Assembly (NCBI GenBank): GCA_963758525.1
Contig: CAVWVQ010000003.1
Coordinates: 2,208,001 to 2,272,000, forward strand
Direction of reading: 5' to 3'
DNA: 64,000 bases
DNA from: an uncultured Phycisphaerales bacterium
GTDB lineage: Bacteria; Planctomycetota; Phycisphaerae; Tepidisphaerales; Tepidisphaeraceae
Below are positions 30,491 to 41,515 of this stretch, in pieces. The translations under genes and the position numbers were made by a program. The notes below the pieces were generated by a model. That model did no database searches, had not been told where the DNA came from, and saw only the letters and a list, made by a program, of their open reading frames with translations. Each line of letters opens with the position of its first letter. Position 1 is the first letter of the stretch.

Positions 30491-31456
30491 TCAATGCAGC
30501 ACGAAGTTAAACGCCTTGACGACGCTCATCCCGGCGTAGGCGCGGTCGAAGTGAGCCTGACTCATCGCGTCGATCGCCGATCGGGTCAGTCGCGGATAGG
30601 GCGGAGCCGAGAGAACCTGGATCTGCCCGACGCTTCCATCGCTGCGGACGCTGCAGGATAACTTTACGGTTCCCTCTTCACCCCGGCGGCGGGACTCTTC
30701 GGGATAGACAGGGGCGGGCAAGGTCGGATCGGGCGTCCCGCTGGGAACACCGGCCTGGCCGCCGTTGAGTTGCCCATTGCCGGCGCCGATGCTTTTGCCG
30801 TGTCCGGTTCCTCCGCCCTGCTGCGCAGGCGGCGACTTCGCGCCCGATGATGCCGGATGGTTACTGCGACGCACCATCGGCGAGCCCGCCAGATCAGAAC
30901 TGCCGCGGCTCGGGCCAACCGGCGGCGGCGGGCCCCATAGCAGCTTCGGACCGACGTACGATGACGCCGTCGCGCTCATCGTCGGGTCGGTCTGCTCCTG
31001 GGTCTCCAGCTTGTTCATCACAGCCGCCATCGAATCGGCCGATGGCGTCCGCGGGGCATCGAGATCAGGAATTTGCGGCATTCCGGTTCCGCCTGGCGTC
31101 TGCTCCCTCCACATCACGCCGACCGCATTGGCGCCGCCATCTCCCAACGCAAGTTCGAGCTTGGGCGGACGAACCAAATGTTTGTAGAGCGCCACGCCGG
31201 CCCAGATCAGGGCGGCGTGGACCAGAATCGAAGTGACCCAGGAGACCCCGCCGATCGGCAGTGGAACGCCGAGAATTCTCACGCGCTGTTTGGATGTGAC
31301 GCGCACAGCCGATCGATGCTGCGCGGCGGCCAGCGCGAGTGATTCGTCGAGCTTGACCGCCGCATGCCCTTCGGGCGTATTGGACTCCTCCTCCTCGCCG
31401 GCGGGTTCCGCCGCCGGCGCGTCTTCAGCCATATTTGCAGATTCAATTTCGTCCAT
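30491..31456 (-). CDS. TonB family protein
   Basis: SILVHAALI anchor; Pro/Gly-rich linker; PVYPEESRRRGEEGTV...DGSV...FNFVL. Confidence 0.85.
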   Translation of the reverse strand: MDEIESANMAEDAPAAEPAGEEEESNTPEGHAAVKLDESLALAAAQHRSAVRVTSKQRVRILGVPLPIGGVSWVTSILVHAALIWAGVALYKHLVRPPKLELALGDGGANAVGVMWREQTPGGTGMPQIPDLDAPRTPSADSMAAVMNKLETQEQTDPTMSATASSYVGPKLLWGPPPPVGPSRGSSDLAGSPMVRRSNHPASSGAKSPPAQQGGGTGHGKSIGAGNGQLNGGQAGVPSGTPDPTLPAPVYPEESRRRGEEGTVKLSCSVRSDGSVGQIQVLSAPPYPRLTRSAIDAMSQAHFDRAYAGMSVVKAFNFVLH

Positions 31457-31623
31457 GGTAAAAAAATGCAACAAACCACGGGCTCATGCATGCTTGACTA
31501 AGTTACCTCTTCCGCATACTCATCAACGCCCGCTTGCCACAGTGGTAGCCCAAAGGCAGGCGGCGCGGGGAGGGCGGATGCGGCGGCATCCCAGGTGCCG
31601 CGGGCACGCGGAGGATTTTAGCA

Positions 31624-32601
31624 GTGATCTCGGTTTCCAGGTTAACGAAAATTTACGGCCAGGTATTGGCGGTAGACGGAATCAGCTTTGAGGTGCCCAA
31701 GGGGCAGATTGTTGGATTCCTCGGGCCCAACGGCGCGGGAAAGTCCACCACGCTCCGCATGCTCACCTGCTATCTCCCGCCCACCAGCGGCGGAGCGACC
31801 GTCAACGGATTTGACATCTTCCACGAATCCGAAAAGGTCCGCGAACACCTCGGCTACCTTCCGGAAAACGTTCCGCTCTATACGGAGATGCGCGTCGAGG
31901 AATATCTCGATTTTCGCGGCCGGCTCCGAAAGATGGACCGCCCCAGCCGCAGGTCGCGAATCGACTACGTCATTGAGCGCTGCTGGCTCGGCAGCGTGCG
32001 CAAGCGACTGATCGGGCATCTCTCCAAGGGATATCGCCAGCGCGTCGGACTGGCCGATTCGCTGCTGCACAATCCCGCCGTGCTCATTCTCGACGAGCCG
32101 ACCGTCGGTCTGGACCCAACGCAAATTCGCGAGACGCGCAAACTGATCAAAGACCTTGGCGGCCAGCACACGCTGCTGCTTTCGACGCATATTCTGCCGG
32201 AGGTCGAGGCGGTCTGCGATCGCGCGATCATCATCGCCGGCGGGCGCATCGTCGCGCAGGGCTCGCCCGACGAACTGCGCGCCAGCCGCCGGCTGACCGC
32301 CCGCGTGCTGGTCGAATGCCGCGGGCCGGCCGAGCAGGTCAAAAGCGCACTCTCGCACGTGAGCGGAGTCAGCAAGGTGGATATCACCGAAGCCGACGGC
32401 CACTCGCCGGACAAGTTTGTCACCCTCGCCCTGCGATCGAAGGATTCGTACGACGTGCGCGAGGAAGTGGCCCGGACGGTCATTCAGAACGGCTGGCCGC
32501 TCCGCGAGATTCGGCTGGAGCATGCGACGCTGGAGGAATTTTTCGTGCAGGTCACCGCAAATCAGGCTGCCGCCCGCGCGGAGCCGGGGAGCGAAGCATG
32601 A
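31624..32601 (+). CDS. ABC transporter ATP-binding protein (GldA-like)
   Basis: GPNGAGKST, LSKGYRQRVGLA, ILDEPTVGLDP, STHILPEV. Confidence 0.93.
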   Translation: MISVSRLTKIYGQVLAVDGISFEVPKGQIVGFLGPNGAGKSTTLRMLTCYLPPTSGGATVNGFDIFHESEKVREHLGYLPENVPLYTEMRVEEYLDFRGRLRKMDRPSRRSRIDYVIERCWLGSVRKRLIGHLSKGYRQRVGLADSLLHNPAVLILDEPTVGLDPTQIRETRKLIKDLGGQHTLLLSTHILPEVEAVCDRAIIIAGGRIVAQGSPDELRASRRLTARVLVECRGPAEQVKSALSHVSGVSKVDITEADGHSPDKFVTLALRSKDSYDVREEVARTVIQNGWPLREIRLEHATLEEFFVQVTANQAAARAEPGSEA

Positions 32602-33314
32602 GTCGCGCCAAAGTCATCGCCCGCCGGGAATTCGCCAGCTACTTTCACAGCCCCATCGCTTACGTGGCAATGACGCTGTTCCTCGTCGCCAGCGGCATCT
32701 CGTTTCTCAACGATTTTGAGCCGGGCCAGCCGGCGGCGTTGCGATCCATCTTCGACTGGATGATCTGGTTCCTCGTGCTGATCGTCCCCATCCTGAGCAT
32801 GGGATTGCTCTCGCAGGAATGGGCAACCGGCACCATCGAAACACTCATGACAGCGCCGGTCGGCGAGACGGATGTTGTCGTCGGCAAGTTCCTTGGCTCG
32901 TTCGGCCTGCTGGTGGTGATGCTGCTCCCCACGCTCCTCTACGTGGTGATGCTTCGCATCTACGGACACCCCGATGCCGGGCCGATCGTCAGCGGCTATC
33001 TGGGAATTCTGCTCGTCGGTGCGCTGTTCATCTCGGTCGGTTTGTTCTGCTCGTCCCTGACGCGCAGCCAGATCGTTGCCGCGGTGGCCTCTGCTTCGAT
33101 GCTGGTGCTCATCACGATCATTCCCTGGTTTGTCGGAAGCAAGGCGGCGCTGCCGAAGTTCTGGCGCACCGTGGTCGATCAGGCGGTCTTCAAGCGCTAC
33201 ACCGATTTCAGCAAGGGCGTGCTGGATCTGGGCAATGTCGTTTTCTTCGTGCTGACCACCGCCGTTTTCCTGTTTGTTACGGTGAAGGTTCTTGAATCGA
33301 GGCGATGGAAATGA
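32598..33314 (+). CDS. ABC-2 permease (GldF-like)
   Basis: RREFASYFHSPIAYV, EWATGTIETLMTAPV, GKFLG, SQIVAA, LESRRWK. Confidence 0.9.
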   Translation: MSRAKVIARREFASYFHSPIAYVAMTLFLVASGISFLNDFEPGQPAALRSIFDWMIWFLVLIVPILSMGLLSQEWATGTIETLMTAPVGETDVVVGKFLGSFGLLVVMLLPTLLYVVMLRIYGHPDAGPIVSGYLGILLVGALFISVGLFCSSLTRSQIVAAVASASMLVLITIIPWFVGSKAALPKFWRTVVDQAVFKRYTDFSKGVLDLGNVVFFVLTTAVFLFVTVKVLESRRWK

Positions 33315-35528
33315 GCGAGCAGTCCACCAGCGAGCAGCCGCCCGCGCCACAGTCCGAATCCCGCGCGTTCGAGACACAATCCGAGCGCCGGCTCAAGTAT
33401 GGAGTCAATGTTGCCGTGGCCGTGATCGCGGCGATCGTCGCCACCGGCGTGATCGTCAGCATCGTCCAGAGTCACGACCACCGGCTCGACACGACCGCGG
33501 CCGGCGAGTTCTCCCTCAAGCCGCAGACGCTGAACGTGATCGATAATCTGAAGAGTAAAATCACGCTCGTCAGCCTCTACACGCACACCAAGCCAACCAC
33601 TCCCGACAGCGACACAACGGACCAAAAGACGGCCGCCCCCACGACAGACAATGCCCAGGTCGTCGCGGATCTGCTCGACGAATACAAGCGTGACGGGAAA
33701 AACATTGACGTTCAGGTCATCGACCCGAACACCGAGAAGGACAAGCTCTCCAAGCTGCACGATCAGTTGGTCGAAACCTACGGCAGCCAGATTCAGGGCT
33801 ACAAGGATTTCCTGGCCGAATGGGATAAGCAGTACAAAACCTTCGAACAACTCACCACTGCCGAGGCTGCGGCAATGACCGCCGTCACCGGCGGCGCCAC
33901 GCTCGACGACAGCGACGACACCAAATCCAACACCGGCTTCCGGCCCGATCTGGTCCGCACGATCAAATCCCTTCCGCGCAGCCTGGCGACGGTGAAGGAT
34001 GACATCAATGCGGAGCGCTCGCAGAAATATCCGGACTGGAAAAAGGCCGCCAACGGCGTGAAGGACTTTCTTCAGCAGTTGTCCGATCTGTCGGGATCGC
34101 TTGCGACGAACTTTGCCAAGCTCAAGGACGAAAAGGACGTTCCCGAAAACGTCCGCAAGTATATGACCGAGAGCCAGCCGCGGTTTGAGCAGATCAAGAC
34201 CAGCGCCGACGCGCTGATCGCGCAGGCGTCGAAGCTCGGGGAGCTGAAGCTCGATCAGCTCGAGGACGCGCTCAAGGTCGAGAACCCGATTCTGGTCCTC
34301 GGGCCCGATGACTGGCGCGTTTTGGCGTTCCGCCAGATCTGGCCGGAAGACAAGACGATGCGCGACTCCAACGGCGTGAAGATCCAGCCGCGGTTCGCCG
34401 GCGAGCAGCAGGTGACCGCGGCGATCTATTCGCTGACCACCAACACCAAGCCAAAGCTTTGCTTCGTTCGTCCCGGCGGCCCGCCGTTGACGGCGGCAGG
34501 ATTCCCTCCGTTCATTCCGTCTGGAATTCTCTCGGAAATTGCCGAGCGGATGAAGCTCTACAACTTCCAGATCCAGGAGAAGGATCTTTCGGGTCAGTGG
34601 GCGATGCAGTCGCAGATGCAGCAGCAGATGCCGTCTGCGCCCGAGCCCAGCGATGAAGAGATCAAAGACTCGATCTGGGTCGTCCTGGATATGGGCCGCG
34701 AGTTCAATTCCAGCCAGGAGGGCGCCCGCCGGCGCCGATCGCACCCAAGATCAAGGAGCATCTTGACCAGGGCGGCTCGGCGCTGATTGTTTTTGGGCGC
34801 AGGACGATGACTTGAGCAGCGCGCTGGATAGCTGGGGAATCAAGCTGCATCCCGACACGCTGGTGGTGCATGAGCCGATTCATCTCGATCCCGGCTCGCA
34901 GCCGGATATCGTCGAGCAGTTCAAGAGCCATCCGACGGACTTCGTCATCAATTCGTACGGCGATCACGAAATCACGAAACCGGTGCAGAGCCTCGATTCA
35001 GTCTGGGTCCCGACGATGGCCGTGACTACGGAGAAGGTTGCCGACGCGACGGCGACATCGCTGGTGCCGATGGACGACGCCTTCCCCGGGCTGAAAGTCT
35101 GGGGCGAGACGAACCTCGATTCGATGCGCGACAACTCGGTGCCCACTTTTGATCCGGCCAAGGATATGGCAGGGCCGATCTTCGGAATGGCCGTCTCGCA
35201 AAAGAAATCAGGCGCGCGCGTGGTGGCGATGGGGTCGCCGCTCATGTTTAACGGGCGCATCAATATTCCCGATCCGGTGATCGCCGAGACGCAGAATCGG
35301 TACGTTTCGCGGTTCCCCGGCAACGGCGAGCTGACCGCCAACAGCCTGTTCTGGCTCGCGCATCTCGATCCGATGATCGCCATCAGCCCCGAAGCGATGG
35401 ACGTGAGTCGAATCAGCCCCATCAGTCATGGCGCGCTGCAGTTTTGGCGCTATGGCGTGCTGCTGACCCTTCTGCCGGGCGCGGTGATCGCCGCCGGCCT
35501 GTTCGTTTACGCCGGCCGGCGCGATTGA
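33311..35528 (+). CDS. GldG-like ABC auxiliary component, apparent frameshift near 34725
   Basis: RLDTTAAGEFSL..QT, LLDEY, FAGEQQVTAAI; second part HEITKP, GNGELTANSLFWL, C-terminal TM and RRD. Confidence 0.8.
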
Positions 35529-35555
35529 TCCCGGCCCAAAGCCTCGGTTTGAAAG

Positions 35556-37067
35556 ATGAACTTCAAGACCACCATCGCATTGCTCGTTCTTCTCGCCGGT
35601 CTGGGCGTCTACCTATTTGTGAGTCACTCGCCTTCTTCGAGCGACAGCACCGCTCCCAAGCCGACGGAAACGAAGAAGCTTCTGGACGTCACGCCGGAGG
35701 ATGTGACGAAGATCTCCATCACCCCCGCCGATGGGAAAACGACGACCTTTGTCAAAACCGGAGTCGATTGGCAGATTACCGAGCCACTGAATACGCCGGC
35801 CGATAATTCGATGGTGGATCAACTGGTCCGCGACATCACCGGATTGTCGTCGCAGGGTCAGCTCGATGCGTCGCAGAAGTCATCCAATGGGCTGGATCAT
35901 CCAAGCTTTACCGTGGAGCTGACCGCCAGGGACAAGACCACGAAGCTGCTCGTCGGCGACAAGTCGCTGGGGAACACCCTGGCGGTTCTGCTCGGCGGAC
36001 ACGATCAGCCCGACGTGGTGGACGTTTCACTCTACGCGTCGCTGGACAAGAAAGCCTCGTCGTATCGCAGGACACGGCTGATTACGACAGGCACCGAGAA
36101 CATTCGCCAGGTGGAAATCACGCGCGGCAAGGAAACCGTTCGATTGGAGAAGAACGGGACCGATTGGAAGATTACATCTCCCGTGCAAATGCCGGCCGAT
36201 TCGTCGGCCGTCGATTCCATCCTTTTTGCGATCACCGGCCTGAACGCCACCGGCTTTGACGACATCGACACGCCCGCCGAGGCCGGGCTCACCAAGCCGA
36301 GAATTGCTGTCTGGTTCAGCACCGCACCTCCCCAGGCGCAGCCGGCCACCGCACCGGCGTCGCAGCCGACCAGCGCGCCGGCCACCCGCCCGGCAGGCAC
36401 GACGATCAAACTCGGCGGCTACGAAAACGTAAGCCAGAAAAACGTCCTCGCCAGCGTCGATGACGGGCCGATCGTGACCGTGCCCGCCTCGACGATCGAC
36501 AGCTTTCGCAAGACCGCCCTTGACCTTCGCGAGAAGGTGGTGCTCACCATCGATCCCGACCGCGTGGAAAGTCTGACGCTGGCAGTCACGCCCCCGCCCG
36601 CAACGCAGCCCGCCGCAACCGAGCCCGCCGCGACCCGCCCCGCTTCCGCCATCGCCGCGGCCCACAGCTACGAGATCGAACGCCGCAAGCAGAATCGCAT
36701 GCTCGGCCCGGTCCTGCCTTCGACGGACCCGACCTCGGCGCCCTCGACTCAGCCGTCTTCGACCTGGGCATTCAAAGCCGGCGGCGACGCGGACGATGCA
36801 CAAGTGAAAGCACTTTTGGATGCGCTGCACCCGCTACGTGCCGAGAGCTTCATCGCCCATCCGACGCCGACGACACAACCGACGGCAACATACTCGCTGA
36901 CGATCCACGCCGGCCCCAGCGCCGGCTCGCCGCCGCAGGACTACACCCTGCAGATCACCGACCCCGGCGGCGAACAGAAGCTCATCGGCTCCTACGACGG
37001 CCTCACCTTCAATCTGGAGCGGGCCATCGCCACTAATCTTCAGTCCGACTTCAAGCCCAAGAAGTAG
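35556..37067 (+). CDS. DUF4340 domain protein
   Basis: MNFKTT + TM; repeated W-I-x-x-P..AD...V modules; typical position after GldG-like gene. Confidence 0.8.
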   Translation: MNFKTTIALLVLLAGLGVYLFVSHSPSSSDSTAPKPTETKKLLDVTPEDVTKISITPADGKTTTFVKTGVDWQITEPLNTPADNSMVDQLVRDITGLSSQGQLDASQKSSNGLDHPSFTVELTARDKTTKLLVGDKSLGNTLAVLLGGHDQPDVVDVSLYASLDKKASSYRRTRLITTGTENIRQVEITRGKETVRLEKNGTDWKITSPVQMPADSSAVDSILFAITGLNATGFDDIDTPAEAGLTKPRIAVWFSTAPPQAQPATAPASQPTSAPATRPAGTTIKLGGYENVSQKNVLASVDDGPIVTVPASTIDSFRKTALDLREKVVLTIDPDRVESLTLAVTPPPATQPAATEPAATRPASAIAAAHSYEIERRKQNRMLGPVLPSTDPTSAPSTQPSSTWAFKAGGDADDAQVKALLDALHPLRAESFIAHPTPTTQPTATYSLTIHAGPSAGSPPQDYTLQITDPGGEQKLIGSYDGLTFNLERAIATNLQSDFKPKK

Positions 37068-37215
37068 AACGATTTCCCGCCAGCGGTGAAGGTGTCTCGA
37101 TTGCTGGAACAGCGCAGTCGATAGATCGTCGATGGCGTACCGGACGACCTGAGATCGAGGCCACTGGTTCGGAGAAAGATTCAGCGGCCCGCGGCGAGGA
37201 GGTGCCGCGAAGTTG

Positions 37216-38241
37216 CTATCCCACGGTCCAGGTCTCTTCACCCGTCACGAGACTCTGCAGGTCTCCGTTGCCCAGGCGTGCGACGGCTTGATCGTTCTGC
37301 CGGCGAACCAGGTCGCCGTAGCGATCGTGATCGACGGCGCGTAGCACACCGAGGGGCTCGGGAAAATCCGGGTAGCGCATCCGGCTCAGCAGGAACGCGA
37401 GGCTCGGCTCGGGGGCTTTTTCGTCGTGAATCAGCAGATCGTCGGGGCTGACGGACTTGGTATCCACCACTTCGGGAGTCAGGCCATTGAGGCGGATGCC
37501 CTTGGAGCCGTCCTTGCCGAAGATTAATGGCTTGCCATGCTCCAGATAGAGCGTGGTGTCGCCCTTGGTGGTCTTGTCGGTCGCGTAGCTGAATGCACCG
37601 TCGTTGAAGATGTTGCAGTTCTGGTAGATCTCGACGAATGCCGCGCCGACGTGTTTGGCGGCTCGTTCGAGCACGTATTCCAAATGCTTGACGTCGACAT
37701 CGATCGCGCGGGCGGCGAAGGACGCCTCAGCGCCGATGGCAATGCTGATCGGGCGGATGGGGTATTCGGGAGAGCCCATCGGGGTGCTCTTGGTTTTCTT
37801 CCCCTGCTCGCTGGTGGGGGAATACTGGCCCTTGGTCAGGCCGTAGATGCGGTTGTTGAAGAGCAGGATTTTGATATCGACGTTTCGCCGGATGACGTGC
37901 ATCAGGTGGTTGCCGCCGATGGAGAGGCCGTCGCCGTCGCCGGTGACCATCCAGACATTCAGCTCGGGGCGGGCCAGTTTCAATCCGGTCGCGAAGGTGG
38001 GCGCGCGCCCGTGGATGGAGTGGAACCCGTAGGTGTTCATGTAGTACGGAAATCGGCTGGAGCAGCCGATGCCGGAGATGAAGACGGTTTTGCTGCGATC
38101 CATGCCGAGCTTGGCGCAGACCTTCTTCATCTGGGCGAGAATCGAGTAGTCGCCGCAGCCGGGGCACCAGCGCACGTCCTGGTCGGTGGCGTAGTCGGAA
38201 GGCTTGAGAACGGCGAGAGGTTGGGAGGGGATTACGCTCAT
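37216..38241 (-). CDS. 2-oxoacid:ferredoxin oxidoreductase beta subunit
   Basis: WCPGCGD, SGIGCSSR, HGRA, GDGD, NNRIYGLTKGQYSPT. Confidence 0.95.
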   Translation of the reverse strand: MSVIPSQPLAVLKPSDYATDQDVRWCPGCGDYSILAQMKKVCAKLGMDRSKTVFISGIGCSSRFPYYMNTYGFHSIHGRAPTFATGLKLARPELNVWMVTGDGDGLSIGGNHLMHVIRRNVDIKILLFNNRIYGLTKGQYSPTSEQGKKTKSTPMGSPEYPIRPISIAIGAEASFAARAIDVDVKHLEYVLERAAKHVGAAFVEIYQNCNIFNDGAFSYATDKTTKGDTTLYLEHGKPLIFGKDGSKGIRLNGLTPEVVDTKSVSPDDLLIHDEKAPEPSLAFLLSRMRYPDFPEPLGVLRAVDHDRYGDLVRRQNDQAVARLGNGDLQSLVTGEETWTVG

Positions 38242-38260
38242 GTTCAATTCGTGGTACCGC

Positions 38261-38323
38261 AGAAGGCACGAAGGGGGCAACGGGAAGAGGCACGAAGGCA
38301 CGCAGGCACGCAGGCACGAAGGG
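38261..38323. repeat. GGCACGAA octamer repeat tract
   Basis: GGCACGAAGGCACGCAGGCACGCAGGCACGAAGGG; same unit at 46881 and 53271. Confidence 0.8.
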
Positions 38324-38381
38324 AAGGAAATGGGACAGATGGAGTGGGCATAGGAGCTCTAATGTCGAAGATCCCGTTCGT

Positions 38382-40349
38382 TCATCCGCCGGCCGGCTCG
38401 CCGGCGACGTTGGTCTGGGGCTGCGAGTCGCTTTCCATCGGAACCTCGTGGTCTCCGGCTTTTCCCGCAATGATGTCCTGCACGCCCTGGACGATCTCGT
38501 GGATCGTGAAAGGCTGGCCCTTTACCTTGTTCAATCCCTTCGCATCCACCAGGAAGCGATTGCGAAGCAGCGAGCGGAGTTGGCCGAGATTCATCTCGGG
38601 AATCAGCACGTGCTTGAACTGCTTCATCAAACTGCCAATCCGATTGGGAAGCGGATTCATGTAGCGAATATGGCACGCGGAAACCGCAATGCCCGCCTTG
38701 CGGAGATCGATGGTGGCGGCCTTGATCGCGCCGAACGTGCTGCCCCATCCGACGATCAATACGTCGCCGGTTTCGGGGCCGGTCCAGAGCAGATCGGGAC
38801 CAGCGGGCTTGATATTCGCCACTTTGGCGGCGCGGATGCGGACCATCTTCTCGTGATTGGCCGGCTCGTAGTTCACGTTGCCGGTCACGTCTTGTTTTTC
38901 GATCCCGCCCAGGCGGTGTTCCAGGCCGGGCGTCCCGGGAAACGCCCAGGGGCGAACGAGATTTTCGTCGCGTTTGTAGGGCATGTAGCCGCGCGGATCG
39001 TTCGCCTGCGTGGGATGTTCGACGACGATCTTTTCGAGCTTGCTCACGTCGGGAACCAGCCACGGCTCGGCTCCGTTGGCGAGGTAGCCGTCACTGAGGA
39101 AAAAGACCGGCGTCATGTACTTCACGGCAATCGTGAATGCCTCGATGACCGCGGCGAAGCAGTCGGAGGGCGACGATGCCGCGATGACCGGAACCGGGCA
39201 TTCGCCGTTGCGGCCGTGGATGACTTGCAGGAGATCGGCCTGCTCGGTTTTGGTGGGCAGCCCGGTGCTGGGCCCGCCGCGCTGCACGTCGATGATGACG
39301 ACCGGAAGCTCGGTCATGACGGCCAGGCCGATGGCTTCGGCCTTGAGGGCGATACCGGGGCCGCTGGTGCCGGTCGAGCCCAGCGCTCCGCCGAAGCTGG
39401 CGCCGATCGCGGCGCCGATCGCGGCGATTTCGTCCTCGGCCTGGAACGTGATGACGCCAAAGTTCTTCTCGCGCGACAGCGCGTGAAGAATGTCGCTGGC
39501 GGGCGTAATCGGATAACTGGCGTAGACCAGTTGCTTCCCGGCAAGCTGCGCCGCGGCGATCATGCCGATCGCGGTGGCTTCGTTGCCGGTGATTTTGCGG
39601 TAGGTTCCGGCAGGAAGCTTGGCTTTGGGCACCTGATACTGCTCGACGAACAGCTCGGTGGTTTCGCCGTAGTGGTAGCCGGCTTTGAGCGTCAGCGCAT
39701 TGGCGGCGGCCACGACGGGCTTTTTCCCGAACTTTGCTTCGATGTAGCGCAGCGTGGATTCAATCGGCCGGCCGTAGAGCCAGTAGACCAGGCCCAGCGC
39801 GAACATGTTTTTGCAGCGATCGACGTCCTTCGCCCCCAGGCCGGTTTCCCTGGTGGCGGCAGAGTTGAGCTTGTCGATCGGAACGCGGATCAGCCGGTAT
39901 TTATTGAGCGTCGCGTCTTCCAGCGGATTGACTTCGTACCCCGCTTTTTTCAAGTCGCCGGCGGCAAACGCGTCTTCATTGACGATAACGATCCCGCCAT
40001 CGCGCACCGAGCGAATGTTGGTCTTCAACGCCGCGGGGTTCATCGCGACCAGCGCATCGACCGCGTCGCCCGGCGTGAAAATCTCCGTGCTGGAAAAGTG
40101 AATCTGATATCCGCTGACCCCCGCGAGCGTGCCGGCGGGGGCGCGAATTTCGGCGGGAAAATCCGGGAGCGTGCTGATGTCGTTCCCGACCATCGCGGAG
40201 GTGTCGGTGAACTGCGTCCCGGCAAGCTGCATTCCGTCGCCGCTGTCACCGGCGAACCGGATCGTGGCCGAGGGAAGCGCGTGCACAGGCTTGGCCGCGA
40301 CTGACGCGGCGGAACGATCGACTAATCCATCTTCAGTGACAAGACTCAT
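38382..40349 (-). CDS. 2-oxoacid:ferredoxin oxidoreductase alpha subunit (gamma-alpha fusion)
   Basis: RFAGDSGDGMQL, FPAEIRAPAGT, YPITPAS, QAEDEIAA, QRGGPSTGLPTKTEQAD, EMNLGQL. Confidence 0.95.
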   Translation of the reverse strand: MSLVTEDGLVDRSAASVAAKPVHALPSATIRFAGDSGDGMQLAGTQFTDTSAMVGNDISTLPDFPAEIRAPAGTLAGVSGYQIHFSSTEIFTPGDAVDALVAMNPAALKTNIRSVRDGGIVIVNEDAFAAGDLKKAGYEVNPLEDATLNKYRLIRVPIDKLNSAATRETGLGAKDVDRCKNMFALGLVYWLYGRPIESTLRYIEAKFGKKPVVAAANALTLKAGYHYGETTELFVEQYQVPKAKLPAGTYRKITGNEATAIGMIAAAQLAGKQLVYASYPITPASDILHALSREKNFGVITFQAEDEIAAIGAAIGASFGGALGSTGTSGPGIALKAEAIGLAVMTELPVVIIDVQRGGPSTGLPTKTEQADLLQVIHGRNGECPVPVIAASSPSDCFAAVIEAFTIAVKYMTPVFFLSDGYLANGAEPWLVPDVSKLEKIVVEHPTQANDPRGYMPYKRDENLVRPWAFPGTPGLEHRLGGIEKQDVTGNVNYEPANHEKMVRIRAAKVANIKPAGPDLLWTGPETGDVLIVGWGSTFGAIKAATIDLRKAGIAVSACHIRYMNPLPNRIGSLMKQFKHVLIPEMNLGQLRSLLRNRFLVDAKGLNKVKGQPFTIHEIVQGVQDIIAGKAGDHEVPMESDSQPQTNVAGEPAGG

Positions 40350-40367
40350 CTGGCTGATTCATTTCTG

Positions 40368-40839
40368 TCAGGCGCCCTCGCGCGCCAATTGATGCTCGGC
40401 GGGAGTGGGAGGAAGGTTGTATACCTTTGCGGGGAAGTATTCCACCATGTAATGCACGACGTCCTTGACCGAAAGCACGCCAATGGGCTGGCGATCTTCC
40501 TTGATGACGGGCAGGTGGCGGTAGCCGCCTTTCTCCATCATCTCGACGGCGGCCATCACGGTTGCGTGCGAATCGATCATCTTCGGCTCGGTGGTCATCA
40601 CTTCATGGACGGGTCGCGCGGGATCGACGGACTTGGCCACCACGCGATTGAGAAAATCGCGCTCGGTGAAAATCCCGACGAGGGTGTTGCCGTCCATGAT
40701 CAGCGCGCAGCCGGTTCGGCGCTGCACCATTGCGCACGACGTCCTGAATCGACGTAACGAGCCCGACGCTGCAAATTTCACGCAGGCGCAAATTTCCGAC
40801 GCGGTTGGATCGAAGGTTCTGAGAAAGCGAAGTCGACAT
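40368..40839 (-). CDS. Tandem CBS domain protein, apparent frameshift near 40735
   Basis: AAAGGA RBS; LVGIFTERD, GYRHLPV, IGVLSVKD. Confidence 0.85.
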
Positions 40840-41171
40840 ATATCCTTTCAAAGCCTTGCGGCAAGGCGTCGGGAAATCGTATGGCCGGACGAATCCCCGG
40901 TCCAGTAAATATGAATCGGCAGAACGTGGGCGGTTTCAAGAGTGGATTGCATCAGAGTTTAACGTCGTGCGGCCGGCGCCCTTTCGAGCATCGTGCGCTG
41001 GCCCCAGTTGCGGGGTAAACTGGACGAGGCGCGATCGCTTCTGATCGGTTTCTCCTCGGTAACAGTCCCTGCGATCCATCACACTCAATATGCGGTTGCA
41101 ATGCTCTATGCGCAAGAGATTCGCGAGATTTTCTTGACGGAGGAGGTTCAAGCTGGGCAAAATAATCCGTT

Positions 41172-41432
41172 ATGAAACAGCGATACCACACGATCATCAA
41201 GGCAGACACGAACGGGTGGTTCGTCGGATGGGTAGAGGAAATTCCCGGGACGATCACTCAGGGAAGGTCTCTCAACGAGTGCCGGCAGAACCTGCGGGAC
41301 GCTTTGCAGCTCATGATCGAGACGCATCGCGACGAGGCCCGCATGGGCCTGGACGCGTCGTGCATTCAGGAAGCGATTGAAATCGACGTCGGCGATCCGG
41401 GGAACAGCGGGCCGCACGCATCCGCTTCGTGA
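41172..41432 (+). CDS. HicB-like antitoxin
   Basis: WFVGWVEEIPGTITQGRSLNECRQNLRDALQL. Confidence 0.85.
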   Translation: MKQRYHTIIKADTNGWFVGWVEEIPGTITQGRSLNECRQNLRDALQLMIETHRDEARMGLDASCIQEAIEIDVGDPGNSGPHASAS

Positions 41433-41515
41433 AGGGAAGTTGCCAAGAACTGGGGGGACAACCACGTGGTGCGCGCGCACCGATTACAGGAGCAAGTTGC
41501 AGGGGACGCAATTAC

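Noticed and set aside
38448..40304. Long antisense ORFs (also 14060..15775, 33197..34744, 43317..44792 and others)
   Set aside because: They shadow well-supported genes on the opposite strand, which is expected in high-GC DNA, and show no motifs
41377..41510. PLREGK...GGTTTW as a HicA remnant
   Set aside because: Similarity is too short to support by eye
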